From: Propionibacteriaceae bacterium | Lineage (GTDB): Bacteria > Actinomycetota > Actinomycetes > Propionibacteriales > Propionibacteriaceae | DNA: 32,000 nt | Reading direction: 5' to 3' | Assembly (NCBI GenBank): GCA_031256725.1 | Contig: JAIRQE010000025.1 | Coordinates: 60,001-92,000, forward strand | In this document: one piece after another, positions 1 through 5,276 of the stretch | Layout: each line of letters begins with the position of its first letter | Position numbering within the stretch: position 1 is the first letter of the stretch | Program-made: the position numbers and the translations under genes | The notes under the pieces: model-generated | What the model saw: the letters and a program-made list of their open reading frames with translations, nothing else | Told to the model about the DNA's origin: nothing | The model's database searches: none

Positions 1-1
1 T

Positions 2-391
2 TCAGTACCGCGGACTAGCCCCAATGGAACGATCATCACCCCAGCACCCCCTCGAACGGGTATGCCATCGGGGATGATCGCCAAGGCGGTCGTACTCACG
101 GTCGTTGACCGAATTCAAGGAAAGAAAACCCCGCCACACGAGGCACCCATGTCCTCCATGGGGGCTGCCTGTATCGCCTCAGCGGGAATGGGATTCTTGC
201 GCGGATCAGCCGCCTCAATGACCATGCATCCCGTGGTACCAGACTGGGATACCTATCCTGAAACCGGGCGTGACCTCAAAGGTACATCCGGTGAGATCGG
301 ACTTGCAGGACACTGGATGAAGCACATCCTCCACATCCTGTTCTTGTACAAAGCCAAAGCCCGCCCGATGTGGTGGCTCATCCCCGAGTGA
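2..391 (+). CDS. Unassigned ORF open to the left window edge. It may be the 3' end of a gene or a decayed, non-coding region.
   Basis: Frame 2 is open from base 2 to the TGA at 389-391; track ORF 62..391 is its ATG-started part. Third codon positions are G/C-enriched, as in the confident genes. The translation matches no family I recognise and ends in an odd tail, LFLYKAKARPMWWLIPE. Confidence 0.25.
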   Translation, partial: SVPRTSPNGTIITPAPPRTGMPSGMIAKAVVLTVVDRIQGKKTPPHEAPMSSMGAACIASAGMGFLRGSAASMTMHPVVPDWDTYPETGRDLKGTSGEIGLAGHWMKHILHILFLYKAKARPMWWLIPE

Positions 392-700
392 CAAGAGATG
401 ATCATGAAGGTGATCAACTGTGACGACTCATCCCCGAGTGAAAGGAACCACGATGGATGCTTTTGATCCGGCTGCCCAACAAAGAATCGACGGGGCACCA
501 CTACCGACCAAGAAGACTCTTCAACGTCGCAGGAACCCTGTGTACCAACTGATTCGATTGGCTGCCATCAACATCAAGATGATTAAGGTTATTGCCGCTT
601 CACATCATTAGTGTTTGGCTTGGTTGTCAGGGAACGTATCTCGTGACACCGGATGTCATACAGTATTTTCACCACTGGCGTATTTAGCTGTGGTTGGTTC

Positions 701-811
701 TCGTAGAGGGTGGGAGTCTTCATCCTCAGGCACATTCACGGACGCGATTCCTTGGAATCGCATCCCCCATTCGGGGGACGTCCCGAGAACGAAGACTCCC
801 ACCCTCTACGA
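701..811. repeat. 111-nt multi-helix palindromic structure. Candidate complex terminator or structured ncRNA.
   Basis: There is a perfect 21-bp inverted repeat: TCGTAGAGGGTGGGAGTCTTC (701-721) pairs with GAAGACTCCCACCCTCTACGA (791-811). It encloses an inner GGAC/GTCC stem (740-743/780-783) and two hairpins, GCGATTCC-tt-GGAATCGC (744-761) and TCCCCC-attc-GGGGGA (763-778). The structure lies 14 nt downstream of the stop of the minus-strand MauE-like gene and 90 nt after the small + ORF. Confidence 0.5.
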
Positions 812-824
812 GCTAGTTACTAGA

Positions 825-1346
825 CTATCGACGGCGATCTTGGCGGGCCAGGATCTCTTCAACGGGTGGGAAGAGCCAGGAATCTACGGCTAGGAAGGGT
901 TTCTTGGCCACTATGAGCCAGACTCCACAGGCTAGGAGACCGATGTCCTCTGCGATCCTTATGGGATAGTTCTTGCTGGCGGTCTCCCAGTCAATGGGGC
1001 CACCGTCACCGAAACATCCACAGTCAATGGCGATGCCGCGAGCCCAGACACTGGCGATAGCGATGATGAAGGCCAGCATCATGAGCGCCCCAAAGAGCCC
1101 CATGGCCCGAGTGAAGAAACCGATGATGAGCATGATCCCCAAAGCGATCTCGGCGAAGGGCAGGATGAACCCCACGATGCGCGCGGCCTCGTAGGGGATC
1201 AACTGGTAAGCCGCAGTAGCATGAACGGAGCCATTGAGGTTCCCGACTTTCAGTGCGCCAGCTACGACGAGGACAGTTCCCAGAACCAGTCGAGCAACCA
1301 AGGAGACCCAATTCTTCCATTCACGGGCATCAGCAGAAAAACTCAT
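825..1346 (-). CDS. MauE/DoxX-family redox-associated integral membrane protein with a CGC motif.
   Basis: The product has four hydrophobic helices and the hallmark IDCGCFG motif of MauE/DoxX-like proteins. I prefer the ATG at 1346 (MSFSADAREW...). The track ORF extends to a TTG at 1406. Confidence 0.8.
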   Translation of the reverse strand: MSFSADAREWKNWVSLVARLVLGTVLVVAGALKVGNLNGSVHATAAYQLIPYEAARIVGFILPFAEIALGIMLIIGFFTRAMGLFGALMMLAFIIAIASVWARGIAIDCGCFGDGGPIDWETASKNYPIRIAEDIGLLACGVWLIVAKKPFLAVDSWLFPPVEEILARQDRRR

Positions 1347-1465
1347 GTACCCATTGTAATACTCAAACAAGATTTCGTGATTAGAGACTTCTTGGCACCC
1401 AATCAACCCCCAGATAATCTGTGGACAGGTATCTGGATTGGGGGAGAGTATGACACACTGGAGAT

Positions 1466-2773
1466 ATGTCAGATCCTATGGTTCCCCCTGTCCCAGTTCA
1501 ATCTGTACCCCCAAATCCTGATTCGGCGCAGCCTGCTGCACCAATAATGGTTCCTGCGCTACATCAGCCCAAGCTTTTCCAACCCAAGCAACTGAAGGAC
1601 TATATGAGGTTCTTTCAGGTACCAGCTCGGCCATGGTGGTGGGCCTTCATCGCCTTTGCCGCATTCGTGGCAGCTCTGGGTATCTCGTTGGTTCTGCTGA
1701 GCATCCCTTTGCTTTTCCTCGAACCTGAGTTTGCACTAGGTACCCTCGCTGGGGAAATGGTGATCACTCCCGTGGTCTTCTTAATGAACAACATCATGAT
1801 CATTGCCGCGATACCCCTGGCGATACTCACATCATGGTTGTTCTATAAGCAGGGCTTTGGATGGTTATCTTCGGTGGTGGGACGATTCCGCTGGAAGTGG
1901 CTGGGGTTCACCCTCGGCGTTTTTGCGGCTGGATATCTCGTTTGGTACGTCGTCGAATTCCTGATCATGAGGGATACTGAGGCCTACTCGAATCTGTCAG
2001 TCACCCCAGACACATGGTTTATGATCGTGGCCATCCTGTCAACGACCCCCCTCCAAGCAGCCAGTGAGGAGATTGCTACGCGTGGGCTTTTCCCACGTCT
2101 GATTACGGCTGCCATCCCTCATAGGGTTATCGGGTTGGTTGTTGCTGCTGTACTGTCCACAGGGGTTTTCATGGTCATTCATTTTGCCCAAGACATCTGG
2201 CTCAATATTTACTATGTCAGCCTGGGGCTCATGCTGTGGTGGCTGGTTTATCGTACTGGTGGTCTTGAGGCCAGTATCGCCCTCCATGTGGTGAACAACC
2301 TTTTCGCCATGTGGGTACTTCCCTTCACCGACATCTCCGATATGTTTAATCGTGAGTCTGGGGCTGCGTCCCCGATCATTTTGGTGTACCTGGGGATACA
2401 ACTTTTTCTGGTTCTCCTGGTTGATTACTTCGCTCGCCGTAAGGGCCTTGTACGTAAGTCAGCCCCAGCCGCAGCACTTGCCGTAGTAGCGAGGGCTAAA
2501 TCTGGCCTCACCGGGATGGACGAAGAGATACAGGTGGCCACCGAGAAGGATCTGCCACGGATTTCCACAACCTTTAGAGAGATTCTTGTCGAGGTAGAAC
2601 CATATCCTTTAGTCTCGCCTGTCTTGGCCCAGGACAGGGCCGTACCCTTTGAGGAGCTTCGAGACAATGGCGATTCCACGACTCCAGTGCCAGCCCCACC
2701 ATCGAAGGGGATACTCCCTGATGTGAATCCAAGTACACCTGTTCCTGAGGTACCCTCCGACTTCAAGCGATGA
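1466..2773 (+). CDS. CPBP (CAAX protease / Abi, PF02517-like) intramembrane glutamic endopeptidase homologue, paralogue 1.
   Basis: The protein is polytopic and carries the three CPBP motifs: EExxxR (SEEIATR), FxxxH (FMVIH) and HxxxN (HVVNN). It has a Pro-rich N-terminus and a short Pro-rich C-tail. GGAGA lies just upstream of the ATG. Confidence 0.85.
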   Translation: MSDPMVPPVPVQSVPPNPDSAQPAAPIMVPALHQPKLFQPKQLKDYMRFFQVPARPWWWAFIAFAAFVAALGISLVLLSIPLLFLEPEFALGTLAGEMVITPVVFLMNNIMIIAAIPLAILTSWLFYKQGFGWLSSVVGRFRWKWLGFTLGVFAAGYLVWYVVEFLIMRDTEAYSNLSVTPDTWFMIVAILSTTPLQAASEEIATRGLFPRLITAAIPHRVIGLVVAAVLSTGVFMVIHFAQDIWLNIYYVSLGLMLWWLVYRTGGLEASIALHVVNNLFAMWVLPFTDISDMFNRESGAASPIILVYLGIQLFLVLLVDYFARRKGLVRKSAPAAALAVVARAKSGLTGMDEEIQVATEKDLPRISTTFREILVEVEPYPLVSPVLAQDRAVPFEELRDNGDSTTPVPAPPSKGILPDVNPSTPVPEVPSDFKR

Positions 2774-2815
2774 ACAGGGATCGCGCCTAGCCCAAGAACA
2801 TGCCAAACTTGGACT

Positions 2816-5068
2816 ATGTCGCATTCCTATAGTCAGGTTCCTCCGGCATCGCTGCCCGGGCCACCCCAGGCAATGGGTATGCCGCCGTACCGGATGAACT
2901 CCTTGTACCCCAACCCGGAGCTGGAGAAGAGGAAGCTTTTCCTGCCCACGCAGTTGAAGGATTCCATGCGCTTCTTCCAGGTACCAGCGCGACCCTGGTG
3001 GTGGGGCTTGATCGCTCTCGCCGCCTATGCGGGACTCTACCTCCTAGTCATGATCCTTACTGGGGTGGTGATGGTTGCCTTCAATCCAAATGTGTTGGTT
3101 GATGATGCGACAACTACCCCATCAGACTTCCTTGTCAACAATGTTGCGATTGCCATGGATATTGCTGTGTGTACCCTCGTTGCCTTCATTTTCTTTAAGC
3201 AGGGGTTTGGGTGGCTTGTGTCCGTTGTGGGTCGGATGCGTTGGACGTGGTTCTTCTTCACATTGATGATCTTTGGGATCGGTTATGCCGTACAAATGGG
3301 GATCGAAGTACTCCTGTATGGTGTGGATGGCTACGGGTTCTCCGAGTTGACTATGCAGCCCTATACATGGTTCATGATCGTGTCTATTCTGGTGACCACA
3401 CCCCTCCAATGCGCGGGTGAGGAGTTCCAGGCACGAGCCCTTCTCCCACGATTGATCTGCTCGATTGTGCCCTTCCGGTGGGTGGGAATTGTACTGTCGG
3501 CAGTCGTCCCCTCCACCTTGTTCATGCTCATGCATGGTGCTGAAGACATGTGGCTGAATATCCACTATTTCACTGTGGGTATGCTCATGTGGTGGCTCGC
3601 CTATCGCACGGGCGGTATCGAAGCCAGTATCGCTCTTCACGTTGTGAACAATCTTTTCACAGAGTGGATGCTTCCCTTCACCGACATATCTGGGATGTTC
3701 GACCGCAGTGAGGGTACGGGCTCCCCAGTGATCCTCATCTATGTCGGGTACCAACTGGCTTTGGTGATCCTGGTTTGTATCATTGCTCGACGCAAAGAGA
3801 TCGTACAAATGTCAGCCCCGGCAGCGGCTGTACCACTTGTGATGAAGCCCTCAAAGATTCTTAGCAACATTGACGAGCACACCATGGAGGCAACCATTGA
3901 GGACCTTCCCCGATTCGACACAACCATTCGTGAACCCCGTGAACATCTCCGGGCTCCTTATGTGCCCGTGGGGTATCTCCATCCCCCCAGCGCTCCCATG
4001 GGGATGCCAGGGCCAGCCCCTATATCAGCGGGGCTACTGGGACCTATACCACCAGCGGGACCAGTACTTATGGGACCAGTACTCATGGGGGGACCCGTTC
4101 CACCAGCCCCCGTTATTCCGCAGGCCCCTCCAAGCCCGCCGCCTGCTCCAGCCCCTGTACCAGAGATGTCAGTGAGATCCTTCTTCCCCCAGATGGCTGG
4201 GCTAGAAGAGTCGAAGGGGCCCTCTGTACCTTTCAGTCAGCATCCGGCTTCCATGATGAGGGATTCCATCATGAGGGGTCCGATCCCTCCAACTGCCATA
4301 GATGATTCGGGCGTACACGTGGCCATGAATCCCGTGCCACCAGCGCCTCCTCAGGGAATGCCAGCTGAGTTGCCTCCAGTGACCCTGCCTCCGTTGAGTC
4401 CGGCTGAGTCCTTCTTCCCGAAACCCCCTTCTGTTGTACCTGCTCAGCCGCCAGTTGTACCACCTGTACCGCAGCCGCCAGTCCAATCGCCTGAGCCAGT
4501 GCCTCCTGCCCCAGCAGTACAACCGGATCCAACTCCGGCACCTGAGACAGTACAACCCATGCAGACGGCGGTACCTCCCACGAATGTGCCTGTGGTACAG
4601 CCAAAGCCGGTTGAGGAACCTGTAGTAGCTGTGGTTCCTCAGGGCCCTGATGAGACCGCTGGTGGGTGGGCAGCACTGATTGAGGCACAGGAGAAACCCG
4701 TACCTGACGTCATCAAGGAACCAGAACCTGAGACCACTGGGTGGGTTGTGCCTCCACAGATCTCTTCAGTACCTCAGGATCTTCCCCTCATCCCAGAAAC
4801 TCCATGGCCTGTGGATCTACCCCAGCAACCTGTACCTGATGCGGTACCACCATGGGATCTGTCTGGCCAGGATCTATCCGCTGAGGAAGTACCCGTGGAT
4901 CTTCCTCCAGTCGTGGATCAGCCCGTACAACCTGATACTCCAGTACGGAAATCCTGGCTTCCGGCAGATATACCCGCTACGGTGCCACAGTGGATGAGGT
5001 CGTCACATACCCCACCTACCGATGCTGGACAGGATTGGTCCGCACCAGATCCACCATCTGAGGGATAA
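2816..5068 (+). CDS. CPBP/Abi intramembrane protease homologue, paralogue 2, with a long proline-rich C-terminal extension.
   Basis: It carries the same motifs (GEEFQAR, FMLMH, HVVNN) and is collinear with paralogue 1 through the membrane core and a conserved post-membrane segment. From about nt 3950 onward the sequence is a low-complexity P/V/Q/A-rich tail. Only 42 bp separate it from paralogue 1, so co-transcription is likely. Confidence 0.85.
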   Translation: MSHSYSQVPPASLPGPPQAMGMPPYRMNSLYPNPELEKRKLFLPTQLKDSMRFFQVPARPWWWGLIALAAYAGLYLLVMILTGVVMVAFNPNVLVDDATTTPSDFLVNNVAIAMDIAVCTLVAFIFFKQGFGWLVSVVGRMRWTWFFFTLMIFGIGYAVQMGIEVLLYGVDGYGFSELTMQPYTWFMIVSILVTTPLQCAGEEFQARALLPRLICSIVPFRWVGIVLSAVVPSTLFMLMHGAEDMWLNIHYFTVGMLMWWLAYRTGGIEASIALHVVNNLFTEWMLPFTDISGMFDRSEGTGSPVILIYVGYQLALVILVCIIARRKEIVQMSAPAAAVPLVMKPSKILSNIDEHTMEATIEDLPRFDTTIREPREHLRAPYVPVGYLHPPSAPMGMPGPAPISAGLLGPIPPAGPVLMGPVLMGGPVPPAPVIPQAPPSPPPAPAPVPEMSVRSFFPQMAGLEESKGPSVPFSQHPASMMRDSIMRGPIPPTAIDDSGVHVAMNPVPPAPPQGMPAELPPVTLPPLSPAESFFPKPPSVVPAQPPVVPPVPQPPVQSPEPVPPAPAVQPDPTPAPETVQPMQTAVPPTNVPVVQPKPVEEPVVAVVPQGPDETAGGWAALIEAQEKPVPDVIKEPEPETTGWVVPPQISSVPQDLPLIPETPWPVDLPQQPVPDAVPPWDLSGQDLSAEEVPVDLPPVVDQPVQPDTPVRKSWLPADIPATVPQWMRSSHTPPTDAGQDWSAPDPPSEG

Positions 5069-5106
5069 ACATCACCAAACGTAGAGAAGATCGGTAGACG
5101 ACTGTG

Positions 5107-5211
5107 GGAGGGGGTGCCAGACATCTGTTCTGAACCGTATTCCCGAGCGGAGGAGTTGTTTTCCAGGAAAACAACTGCGTGCGTGTACAGAATAGATGTC
5201 TCACCCCCTCC
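5107..5211 (+). repeat. Structured palindromic intergenic element, copy 1 (105 nt).
   Basis: The outer stem pairs GGAGGGGGTG (5107-5116) with CACCCCCTCC (5202-5211). A second 14-bp stem pairs 5119-5132 with 5188-5201. An apical hairpin occupies 5154-5176. The element is homologous to 16019-16130 and lies between the convergent stops of CPBP-2 (5068) and dhaM (5277). Confidence 0.8.
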
Positions 5212-5276
5212 ACACACCAGCCATGGAGTCTTAGAAAACGCAAGCTAAAAACTATTCAAGAGCCGAAAGTACAGGA

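Noticed and set aside
1-501. A possible frameshifted pseudogene on the minus strand. Its pieces read ...GFGFVQEQDVEDVLHPVSCKSDLTGCTFEVTPGFRIGIPVWYHGMHGH*, IEAADPRKNPIPAEAIQAAPMEDMGASCGGVFFP*, and (GTG at 99) STTALAIIPDGIPVRGGAGVMIVPLGLVRGTE..., alongside track ORF 253..501.
   Set aside because: I cannot assign the fragments to any family, and the + frame has the better third-position bias. Without a database search the pseudogene idea is unsupported. The left 600 bp should be treated as unresolved.
3122-3808. A 228-aa ORF antisense to CPBP paralogue 2. Similar ORFs lie at 2039..2401 and 2425..2766, antisense to paralogue 1.
   Set aside because: The sense frames contain the complete EExxxR / FxxxH / HxxxN motif set and hydrophobic helices. 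The antisense products are His/Asp/Gly-rich and featureless.
4202-4997. Several overlapping alternate-frame ORFs on both strands across the proline-rich region (4202..4555, 4269..4688, 4434..4625, 4680..4997).
   Set aside because: They are an artefact of CCN/GGN-biased low-complexity DNA, which leaves several frames open. Only the CPBP-2 frame is continuous with a recognisable protein.
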